Origin: a virus
IMG/VR virus record: IMGVR_UViG_3300030019_000030
DNA: 64,000 nt
Strand: one strand, 5' to 3'
The notes under the pieces were generated by a model that did no database searches, was not told the origin of the DNA, and was given only the letters and a program-made list of their open reading frames with translations. Both the position numbers and the translations under genes were made by a program. Below are positions 54,468-62,887 of this stretch, one piece after another (the stretch's first letter is position 1; every line of letters begins with the position of its first letter).

Positions 54468-56855
54468 TTAGGCTATTGCATCTACTATCGTGGTTGCATC
54501 AAATACTAATTTATTAACTCCTGTTGAACTAACAAATAAAATTTTTGTGTATGTAAGATAAACATAAGTTGATATTGTAAAATTAGAATGTGAAAAATTA
54601 TTATTAACCTGATTTGACTGAAAATTACTACCAATAACATTAAACATAAAGTTACATCCGATATTATTTCCAGTAAAATTATTTCCAACAGTATTTTGTG
54701 TATATTCATTTCCTATTATATTAACACTAAAATCACTTCCGATTACATTAGTAACAAAATTGTCTTCTATTGAGTTAGCTTGAAAATTCGAAATAATGTT
54801 ATTATTACTGAAATTGGTTCCAATTCTATTACCTGCAAAATTGTCACCTGATATGATATTAATTTGAAATCTATCACCAACAATATTAGACGTAAAATTA
54901 TTATCTATAGTATTCTGATAAAATCCATTACCAATATCATTTGAATCAAATCCAGATTTAATATTATTCTGATAAAATCCATTTTTAATTGAATTAGAAT
55001 TAAAAAGATTTGTGATTATATTATATCGAAAATTATACCCAATAATATTAATTTTAAAATTGTCACCAATTTTATTATATTGAAAATTATCACAAACAAT
55101 ATTATTAATAAAATTAATACCAATAATATTATGATGATGCAGATTATTCATTATATTATATTGAAAATTAGACTTAATAATATTGTTAAAAAATTGAATT
55201 TTAATATTATTATACATAAATGTTGCTCCAATTGAATTAGTATAAAAAGAATATTTTATCACATTAAGTACAAAATTCTTTGAAATTATATTTTTTGAAA
55301 AATTTTGTCCAATTGAATTTTGACTAAATCCATAACCAATTGAATTACCTTCATTAATATTTCCGTTATAATAACCAAAATAATTACCAATTGAATTATT
55401 ATTAAAATTGGATCCAATTGAGTTGTGCATAAACCCACTTCCAATTGAGTTATTATAAAAACTTTCACCAATTGAGTTATTAGTAAAATTAAATCCTATC
55501 GTGTTACCATAAAATATATTTCCAAAAATAACACTAGTACAATTATTAAGAATATTATTATATCCATTATAAGATCCTATATGATTATTATAAATATTAC
55601 TAGTATATGACACAAACATAGCATAGTCTGAATATAATGTTGTACAAGGTATATTTGAGTTTATGTTATTATAATTAATTGCAGTTGTACTCACATAACT
55701 TAAATTATTCCATTCAAATAATTTCCAAACATTGTCATTATCAGAAGATGGATTAATTCCAGTCACTCCACTATTTAAACAAACATAAATAGTTACTCCA
55801 CTATATAAAACTACATCATTATTGTTATATGTAGTTGAAGGATCCCAAATATTAGTAACATTTATTTGCCATCTACGAAACTTAACATTTCTAAAATCAA
55901 AAGGAATATTATTATTCTGAAGAGTATCAATTCTTCTATAAATATAACCCTTTGTACAACCAGGTACAATTGCTTGATCACTTACTGAATTATAATAAAT
56001 TATATCTTTAGGATATAAAACTGAATAAGCTTCAGGTTTTAATGTGTTTGAGCTACTTGCAGTTACTAATAAAGGTTCTGTTATTCCACTATTGATATCA
56101 GAAGTACCTACAATAGTATGAACTGTCTGATAATCTGTAATCGAATAAGTTCTATTAATATTTAATCCATTAGAAAGGATCAAAGCTCTCAAATCTGCAT
56201 ATAATATATTAGTGACACCTGATGTAGTATTTATTCCATTTATTCCATTTATTCCATTTATTCCTGATGTTCCATTTGTACCACTCGCACCTGATGATCC
56301 ATTAGTTCCATTTGATCCATTAGTTCCATTTATACCTGATGTACCAGTTTGACCATTTATACCTGATGTACCAGTTTGACCATTTATACCTGATGTACCT
56401 GATGACCCAGCTGGTCCAATTGGAATATTAGTATATGACAGCACTCCATCAACATCTGAAACTAATATTTTACCTACTCCATATCCAGGAGATAAACAAG
56501 TAATACCAGATTCAATATTTATATTTTTAGTGTGTAGAGTATCAGTATCTGAGTCAAAATATAAAGTATCAGTTGTTGTACCAGAATCTTCAAAAAAATA
56601 CATTTGTTTTATTGTATTTTCTCCTACTCTCATCCACACATTTTCATCCGTTTCATTAAGAAAAAACTCTCCGATATAAATATCAGTTGTTCTCCATGAT
56701 GGTAGCAATGTATGATCATCATGTGATCCTCCCAACGCTGGAATTGTTGCAACATCACCAGAAACAGTATTTCGTTTTACAATAACTCTACTATATTTTT
56801 CAACTTTAGACATTAATAATTTATTATTTTTATTATATATTATTTTATTAAACAA
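54468..56855 (-). CDS. Tail fibre/spike-like virion protein
   Basis: N-terminal KRNTVSG...GEFFLNETD attachment-like motif; G-x-x collagen-like repeats (GTSGING); C-terminal 11-aa N.IG..F..N beta-helix repeats. Confidence 0.65.
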   Translation of the reverse strand: MFNKIIYNKNNKLLMSKVEKYSRVIVKRNTVSGDVATIPALGGSHDDHTLLPSWRTTDIYIGEFFLNETDENVWMRVGENTIKQMYFFEDSGTTTDTLYFDSDTDTLHTKNINIESGITCLSPGYGVGKILVSDVDGVLSYTNIPIGPAGSSGTSGINGQTGTSGINGQTGTSGINGTNGSNGTNGSSGASGTNGTSGINGINGINGINTTSGVTNILYADLRALILSNGLNINRTYSITDYQTVHTIVGTSDINSGITEPLLVTASSSNTLKPEAYSVLYPKDIIYYNSVSDQAIVPGCTKGYIYRRIDTLQNNNIPFDFRNVKFRRWQINVTNIWDPSTTYNNNDVVLYSGVTIYVCLNSGVTGINPSSDNDNVWKLFEWNNLSYVSTTAINYNNINSNIPCTTLYSDYAMFVSYTSNIYNNHIGSYNGYNNILNNCTSVIFGNIFYGNTIGFNFTNNSIGESFYNNSIGSGFMHNSIGSNFNNNSIGNYFGYYNGNINEGNSIGYGFSQNSIGQNFSKNIISKNFVLNVIKYSFYTNSIGATFMYNNIKIQFFNNIIKSNFQYNIMNNLHHHNIIGINFINNIVCDNFQYNKIGDNFKINIIGYNFRYNIITNLFNSNSIKNGFYQNNIKSGFDSNDIGNGFYQNTIDNNFTSNIVGDRFQINIISGDNFAGNRIGTNFSNNNIISNFQANSIEDNFVTNVIGSDFSVNIIGNEYTQNTVGNNFTGNNIGCNFMFNVIGSNFQSNQVNNNFSHSNFTISTYVYLTYTKILFVSSTGVNKLVFDATTIVDAIA

Positions 56856-56869
56856 AAAATATACACTTT

Positions 56870-59023
56870 TTATATATTAGAATTTTTACCACCGTCAATT
56901 AATGTATATAATAACGGAGGATTATTTGGTCCAGGTAAACTAACATCTAATCCAGAATCCATAATATCTCCTAATTCATTTCCTTTCATACCATTCAAAG
57001 AATCTTCATCACCTCCATTCAAAACATTCCAATAAATTTCAATGGTAGAACCAGACAATACTGTTAAAGGAACTGGTAATCTTGATTTTCTATCAGAACC
57101 AATATATACCAATTCAATTGTAGAAAAATATAAAAGAGGATCAGCATTTTTATCAATATTAGATCCTAAATTGAATAACTTTAATATGAATTCATTATTT
57201 TCATTTTCATATAATAGTCCAGTAGCGTACAATCTAAAATACTTATCTAATACTAAAATATCAGCATATGATTTACAGATATATTTTCTTTCATTATCAT
57301 TTTTTTGAATATACCAATCATATGGAACATTCATATAAACTTGATATAATATATCTGATATGTTTAATAAACCATCTATATTTTGAATTGATATTATATC
57401 AGTAGCAGGATAAAAAGGAAATGATGAAGGTTTTTCAATTATCATTTCTGTATCATGAACACTATAAATTAAAGACTTACCATTAATTATTACTCCTGAT
57501 ATATTAATATATGTATATTCTTTAAATTTATTTAATAATCCTCCTTGTGCATAAATAATTCTTATTCTATTATTATCAGTATATTGATATGTGAATCCAG
57601 TAAGTAAAAAATTATTATAAAGAGAATAATCTTCTTTGAATCCATTAGGTTCTAGTCTATTCAAATTATCGAATAACTTATAACTAACATATTGATTATA
57701 TGTAATAAAAGAATGATCAATCCAATTATTATTATCATTTAACGATATTTTCAATCCATCATAATCAAAATATTTATCATATTCACAAATTTTTGCAGTA
57801 AATCTTATATCTAAATAATTTGTATTATAAGTTCTAACTTTTATATCATAATAATCAGAATATGGTGAGTTAAAAGACAATTTATCAAGAGCATCTTCCC
57901 AACTTATTCCAACATTTAGATTTTCCACCGAAAATGAATTGGGTTTTAAATCATTCATTATTCTATTTGGAATAGTTTCTTCTAAAATTAAATAACCTGA
58001 TTTAATATCCTTTATAAAGGTATTTAATTTTAGAATACTTATTGAATTTAAATCTAATGTATCACCACTATAAATATTTAACTCAATATAATCTCCTATC
58101 ACACAATCAAAATATTGTGAATAAGGAATAGCAGTAAATCCTTTTAATATATTATTACTAATTTTATTGGTAATACCAGTAAATTCTGAACTAATAGTTA
58201 ATCCTGATCTAATAATATATGAATTGTGATGATAATCTATTTTAGCAATTTCTGAAGATAAATACAAACTATTAATATCAAAATCTATTTCGTTATATTT
58301 TTCTGCATTAGTATTTAATTGTTTTCTTGCAACATCATAATCTGTAAAAAAAATTTTAGATGTACTTCCAGAATCCGAATATAATCTTTCTAAATCATAT
58401 TTAACTAAATTTTTAAGTATAAAAGATTTACCTTCAATAAAATATTTAACTTCTCCTGTAATTGGAAAAGTAGAACCTGCATTAGATAAAAAGAATTGTT
58501 TATCAGAATTATTACCTAATTTAACACTACAACTAAATTTATCAGATTTTTCTCTATTATTTAAAACATTAGAATTTATTAAAAAATTTTTATTTGTTAC
58601 AGTATAAATATCATTTTCTGACTCACTACCTATATTTTGATTTTTTAACAAAATTAAATGTCCTGGCTTGATATTAACTCCATTAATTTGAGTCCATTGT
58701 TTAGATATGTCAATGTGGGTATCTGCTGCTACATCTACAAATATTATATTTTTAAGTACTCTATCAATAACATCATATTCATTATACATATTAACAATAG
58801 AATAACCATCTCCTGTTAATAGATTTTCTTTATTATAAATATCATCTAAACTATTAATATATGTATATGTGACTCCTGTTAAATATTTATTAAATCTAAA
58901 ATAAATATCTCCAACTGCAATAAATTTATCTTCATCATATTTAACAGAACGAGTTTTCTGAACAAATGTTCCATCATTTTGTTTAATCCAATCAAATTTT
59001 CTAGATTTTCTATTTTTTTGCAT
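56870..59023 (-). CDS. Putative virion structural protein
   Basis: VAADTHIDI...INGVNIKPGHLILLKNQ...ENDIY motif seen in phage fibre/baseplate proteins; TTAATATATA upstream. Confidence 0.5.
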   Translation of the reverse strand: MQKNRKSRKFDWIKQNDGTFVQKTRSVKYDEDKFIAVGDIYFRFNKYLTGVTYTYINSLDDIYNKENLLTGDGYSIVNMYNEYDVIDRVLKNIIFVDVAADTHIDISKQWTQINGVNIKPGHLILLKNQNIGSESENDIYTVTNKNFLINSNVLNNREKSDKFSCSVKLGNNSDKQFFLSNAGSTFPITGEVKYFIEGKSFILKNLVKYDLERLYSDSGSTSKIFFTDYDVARKQLNTNAEKYNEIDFDINSLYLSSEIAKIDYHHNSYIIRSGLTISSEFTGITNKISNNILKGFTAIPYSQYFDCVIGDYIELNIYSGDTLDLNSISILKLNTFIKDIKSGYLILEETIPNRIMNDLKPNSFSVENLNVGISWEDALDKLSFNSPYSDYYDIKVRTYNTNYLDIRFTAKICEYDKYFDYDGLKISLNDNNNWIDHSFITYNQYVSYKLFDNLNRLEPNGFKEDYSLYNNFLLTGFTYQYTDNNRIRIIYAQGGLLNKFKEYTYINISGVIINGKSLIYSVHDTEMIIEKPSSFPFYPATDIISIQNIDGLLNISDILYQVYMNVPYDWYIQKNDNERKYICKSYADILVLDKYFRLYATGLLYENENNEFILKLFNLGSNIDKNADPLLYFSTIELVYIGSDRKSRLPVPLTVLSGSTIEIYWNVLNGGDEDSLNGMKGNELGDIMDSGLDVSLPGPNNPPLLYTLIDGGKNSNI

Positions 59024-59044
59024 CTATAAACTTTATTTCTTTAG

Positions 59045-59323
59045 TTGTATATATTAAAAATAAATAAGGTAATTATGAAAGTCATAAAAAAAGGTAGCAT
59101 TGTAACTCAGGATAAAAATTTTTTTTATTATTGGACATGTCCAAAATTTAAATTAGAAGTAATTAAAATTGATGGACGAATAGCTTATTTTAAATATGAC
59201 ATTATAATGAAAAATTCAAATAATATAATGCAATCAACTAAAAGCATAAACATTGATTATATAAAAATAGACATATCAGAAACAAGAAAACAAAAATTAT
59301 TAAAAATAAATGAGCGAATTTGA
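59045..59323 (+). CDS. Hypothetical protein with RKxK tail
   Basis: Ends TRKQKLLKINERI; true start may be the later MKVIKKG. Confidence 0.65.
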   Translation: MYILKINKVIMKVIKKGSIVTQDKNFFYYWTCPKFKLEVIKIDGRIAYFKYDIIMKNSNNIMQSTKSINIDYIKIDISETRKQKLLKINERI

Positions 59324-59642
59324 TGAAATAAATTCCTTAAAAGAAGGAACAGAAAAAATAGATAAACTAATAAATTTCTATAAAGTAACGGTAAAAATTA
59401 ATGAATGGTTAAATGGGACAAATAAAAATTCTATTATACACTTCAAAGATAGAATTGAATATAAAAGAAATAATCAATATCATAGACTAAATGGACCTGC
59501 TATTGATTATGAGAATGAAGACAAAAATAAATATTACTATAAGGGAATATTATACAATTCAAAAGATGAATGGTCGAAGATTACACAAAAAGAAGTAAGA
59601 AAAACAAAACTAAAAAGAATAAAAAAAGAAAGTTCAGAATAA
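59310..59642 (+). CDS. HRxxGPA-motif protein with RKxK tail
   Basis: YHRLNGPAIDY; ends VRKTKLKRIKKESSE. Confidence 0.7.
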   Translation: MSEFDEINSLKEGTEKIDKLINFYKVTVKINEWLNGTNKNSIIHFKDRIEYKRNNQYHRLNGPAIDYENEDKNKYYYKGILYNSKDEWSKITQKEVRKTKLKRIKKESSE

Positions 59643-59657
59643 TCTGAACTTTCTTTT
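59624..59657. terminator. Bidirectional intrinsic terminator
   Basis: AAAAGAAAGTTCAGA-ATAA-TCTGAACTTTCTTTT. Confidence 0.8.
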
Positions 59658-59928
59658 ATTTTTTATAAATTATACAAAATGGAGTATTATCACATATCTC
59701 TAAATAACTTTGATATTTTTTTCTCACCAATTCTGGATCAGGATTAGGATTAGAATCTGACAATGGAATTATCTTCTTTAATAATTTATAATTTATATCA
59801 TTAGGCTCTCCTTTATATAAAACTTTATCTATTTTATCTGATAATATAAAATCAACAATATCTTCATTTAATTTTACTCTTTTATCATATGTTTTAAAAT
59901 AAATATTTTCTTTAATATTAATTTCCAC
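59656..59928 (-). CDS. Hypothetical protein
   Basis: GTG-start ORF ending at the terminator. Confidence 0.6.
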   Translation of the reverse strand: MEINIKENIYFKTYDKRVKLNEDIVDFILSDKIDKVLYKGEPNDINYKLLKKIIPLSDSNPNPDPELVRKKYQSYLEICDNTPFCIIYKK

Positions 59929-60008
59929 AATAATTTCATTTTTTCTTAATATATAACTATTTAAGAAAAAAGTTTATATTTCAAATGTTCATATCTAAAT
60001 CAAATATA

Positions 60009-61070
60009 TTATACTATAAACCAATTATATCCATCAGTTATAAATGTTACAGTTTTATAAGCTGGTATAGAATACGGCGGAGCTACTCCATCAATATTAC
60101 CGCCTAAAGAACCTACTGTTATAATTGATGAAGATGTGTTGATATATCTATATAAAGTTTTTATTACTCCATTTCCAGGACTCATAAGGGATTCAGAATG
60201 AGTAGAAAATGTCGTTACTACAGTTTCAAAATTGCTCACTATATTTCTATTATAAAGTTGGTTATTAGAAATACAATTCTCAATTTTAAGCAATGGTAAA
60301 TTTCCAGTAATTGTAATTTGAAATGTTCCACAATTCAATCCTTTTATAAATACATCATTTCCTGTAATATTTATTCCATCTATCATCACATCAGCATTAC
60401 CTGTAAGAGAAACAATATCAATCCACTGTCCATCAACTGTAAATTTATTTGTACCAAAAGTATAATTTGAAGGTGGTACAATTATAGTGAATCTATTAGT
60501 TGCATCCGAGCTATAATCTCTGGCATTGGTATATGCATCTTGTAATTCAGCAGCATTAACATTAGAATCATAGCTATCACCTTTTAATAGAATATAATTA
60601 CTTCCCTGAAGACCACTCTTTGGTTCTTCAATCATCATTCTTAATACAGTACCTTGTGAAGCATCCAATGCGGTTCCAGTAGAACCCATAGTAAGATTGT
60701 TAGTTAACGTAATAGCTTCAATAAGATTTGATCCAGTACCACACCATAATTTATAATCTAAAATATTTACATATAATTCTCCTTTAATAGGACTGCCTTT
60801 TACAATCCATCCGGAACCAGTTTTTTTGTATATTAAACTTTGTGTAGTATTATAAGTTAAATCATTCAAATTACCTGCTTGAATAGGAAGATTAGTTGGA
60901 CCAAAACTAATCAATTTATTGACCCTTCCAGACAATAATGGAGATTCCCAAAGCTGACTCACTGGTATTAAGTTATTCTCATAATTAGGATTTACACCGT
61001 CTATAGCACAAAACATTGTTGTATTGTCTATATTTATAATAGGTTTCTGAGACCATTTTTCATTTGCCAT
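60009..61070 (-). CDS. Putative tail-fibre-like virion protein
   Basis: Beta-rich; NAAELQDAY motif and C-terminal TVTFITDGYNWFIV typical of fibre tips. Confidence 0.5.
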   Translation of the reverse strand: MANEKWSQKPIINIDNTTMFCAIDGVNPNYENNLIPVSQLWESPLLSGRVNKLISFGPTNLPIQAGNLNDLTYNTTQSLIYKKTGSGWIVKGSPIKGELYVNILDYKLWCGTGSNLIEAITLTNNLTMGSTGTALDASQGTVLRMMIEEPKSGLQGSNYILLKGDSYDSNVNAAELQDAYTNARDYSSDATNRFTIIVPPSNYTFGTNKFTVDGQWIDIVSLTGNADVMIDGINITGNDVFIKGLNCGTFQITITGNLPLLKIENCISNNQLYNRNIVSNFETVVTTFSTHSESLMSPGNGVIKTLYRYINTSSSIITVGSLGGNIDGVAPPYSIPAYKTVTFITDGYNWFIV

Positions 61071-61102
61071 ATTTTTTATTTATTTTTTATACATTAAAAA
61101 TA

Positions 61103-62005
61103 CTAATCAAATTTTTTCTTCAATTTTATATCTATATTACTCAAATATCCAGTTTTTATATGAACGTCATTTTCATCATCATCAATAATATCATCAGTAT
61201 CATATTCAAAATCAAAAATAAATAAGTCATAATCTTCTCTTTCTTTTGGTAATTTATCAAAATCATTATTCTTACTCAAATACATATCATCATAATTCCA
61301 ACCAACTACCAATTTATCTAATTCTTTATTTTTAATATTTAGTGGTTGATTATCTTCTATCATACCAGAATATTTAGATGATTTATCTTTTTTGTATCCT
61401 CTCCAATATAAACAATAACCATGATTTATTTTTTTAATCGGATAATTAATAATACTATTAATCCATTCATCATCCTTTATAATTTTAAATCCATCTTGAA
61501 CATATATTTCTCCAAATAGTTCTTTTATTTTAGGTATGAATTTTTTAAGAAATTCAGGAATTGTCAATCTAACTCCATTATAATATCCACCATCACTATC
61601 AAACCATCCAGAGTCTTTCAATCTTTCTATTTTTGATTTAATTATTATAAATTTTTTAGTATACTTACTAATATTTTTTATTTTTTGAGTTTTTATCAAT
61701 TCTTCATTTTCGTGAAACCATATTCGTTTTCTTGATCCATAACTTCCTACTTCAATTGAAGGGAATGCAAAAGGAGAAATCTTATAATTATCACTTATTT
61801 TATCTCCATCTAATTCTAACTTAAATAAGGTAACAGGAGAATCACCAACATAATGATTCATACTTTTATTTCTTGTAGTTGAAATATTTGTAAATTTATA
61901 AGATGATATTGAATTTGTATTTAATATATATTCACACTTACTCAAATCAAATATATGATATAAACTACCCAATTGCTTACCTTCATAACATTTTAAATAC
62001 TTCAT
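61103..62005 (-). CDS. CTS-like leader protein with ADP-ribosyltransferase-like motifs
   Basis: MKYLKCYEG; LYH, ISTTRN, HENEELI. Confidence 0.5.
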   Translation of the reverse strand: MKYLKCYEGKQLGSLYHIFDLSKCEYILNTNSISSYKFTNISTTRNKSMNHYVGDSPVTLFKLELDGDKISDNYKISPFAFPSIEVGSYGSRKRIWFHENEELIKTQKIKNISKYTKKFIIIKSKIERLKDSGWFDSDGGYYNGVRLTIPEFLKKFIPKIKELFGEIYVQDGFKIIKDDEWINSIINYPIKKINHGYCLYWRGYKKDKSSKYSGMIEDNQPLNIKNKELDKLVVGWNYDDMYLSKNNDFDKLPKEREDYDLFIFDFEYDTDDIIDDDENDVHIKTGYLSNIDIKLKKKFD

Positions 62006-62027
62006 TTAGTTATTTATTTAATTTATA

Positions 62028-62453
62028 TTAAATATTGAATTTGCCTGCTATTGAATATAACTCAATATCAGATTCTTTCAAATTACGAATAATTTCAATC
62101 GCATCATTATAATATTTAACATCAAATGTAACAGAAAAATAATCCCAATAATTATCAATATGAGATTTATATGGCTCAATTATAATATTATTTTCTATCA
62201 ATTTATTTATAATTAAATCTGAAATAAATTCTATTTTAGGATCAAAATCATATGCAGTGAAACCTATACAAATTTTATTTTTATTTTTATTAATACTTAT
62301 ATAATTTTGATTTTTTTTATAATCATTACCTTCAAATTTAATTTCATTTTTTGATATGAAACAAGAAAAGTTATTATTTAATTTAAGACGCAAAGTATTT
62401 AATAATTCTGCTGAAAAAAATTTACTTTCGAATATTTTAAAATTTTTAATCAT
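62028..62453 (-). CDS. Hypothetical protein, CTS-like leader + KFNI tail
   Basis: Start moved to ATG 62453 (MIKNFKIFES); ends AGKFNI*. Confidence 0.75.
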   Translation of the reverse strand: MIKNFKIFESKFFSAELLNTLRLKLNNNFSCFISKNEIKFEGNDYKKNQNYISINKNKNKICIGFTAYDFDPKIEFISDLIINKLIENNIIIEPYKSHIDNYWDYFSVTFDVKYYNDAIEIIRNLKESDIELYSIAGKFNI

Positions 62454-62463
62454 ATTTTTCTTT

Positions 62464-62817
62464 TTATTCGTAAATTGATTGTCCATGTTTATCATTATGT
62501 AAATCATGAATAGCAACAAAGTAATCACCACTAATATACAATGAATCCAATTTTATATACATATTAAAAATTACAGGAGTTTTAGATCCTGTCATCAAAC
62601 TATATCTTCTGGCAATATCTATATCAGGAGAAAACCAAGTTCCATTTTTAAATTTACCTGTTCTTATTATTTTTTTTGAATTCTCTCTATTTGTACCATG
62701 ATACAATAAAATATATACATCACCGTCGATATACATTTTTTCAATTCCTCTATCAGTAACATTTTTTAAGTATTCATCTGACAAATGATTCTCATATATT
62801 TTAAATTCTATTATCAT
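62464..62817 (-). CDS. CTS-like leader protein with ART-fold motif
   Basis: MIIEFKIYEN; LYHGT, GTWFSPD, ARRYS. Confidence 0.55.
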   Translation of the reverse strand: MIIEFKIYENHLSDEYLKNVTDRGIEKMYIDGDVYILLYHGTNRENSKKIIRTGKFKNGTWFSPDIDIARRYSLMTGSKTPVIFNMYIKLDSLYISGDYFVAIHDLHNDKHGQSIYE

Positions 62818-62887
62818 AATATGTTATATATTATTTTTTACATATAAGAAATTGTTTTTTTATATATATAAGAAAAAACCAATTTCT

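Noticed and set aside
54468-55700. Asn(AAT)-rich fibre C-terminus as a diversity-generating retroelement target
   Set aside because: No reverse transcriptase or template/variable repeat pair is visible in the window.
536-62453. KFN[LI] tail as purely a by-product of a DNA motif
   Set aside because: Synonymous variants that destroy the DNA motif (TTC AAT TTA, TTT AAT CTA, TTC AAT ATT) retain the peptide, so DNA-level constraint alone is insufficient.
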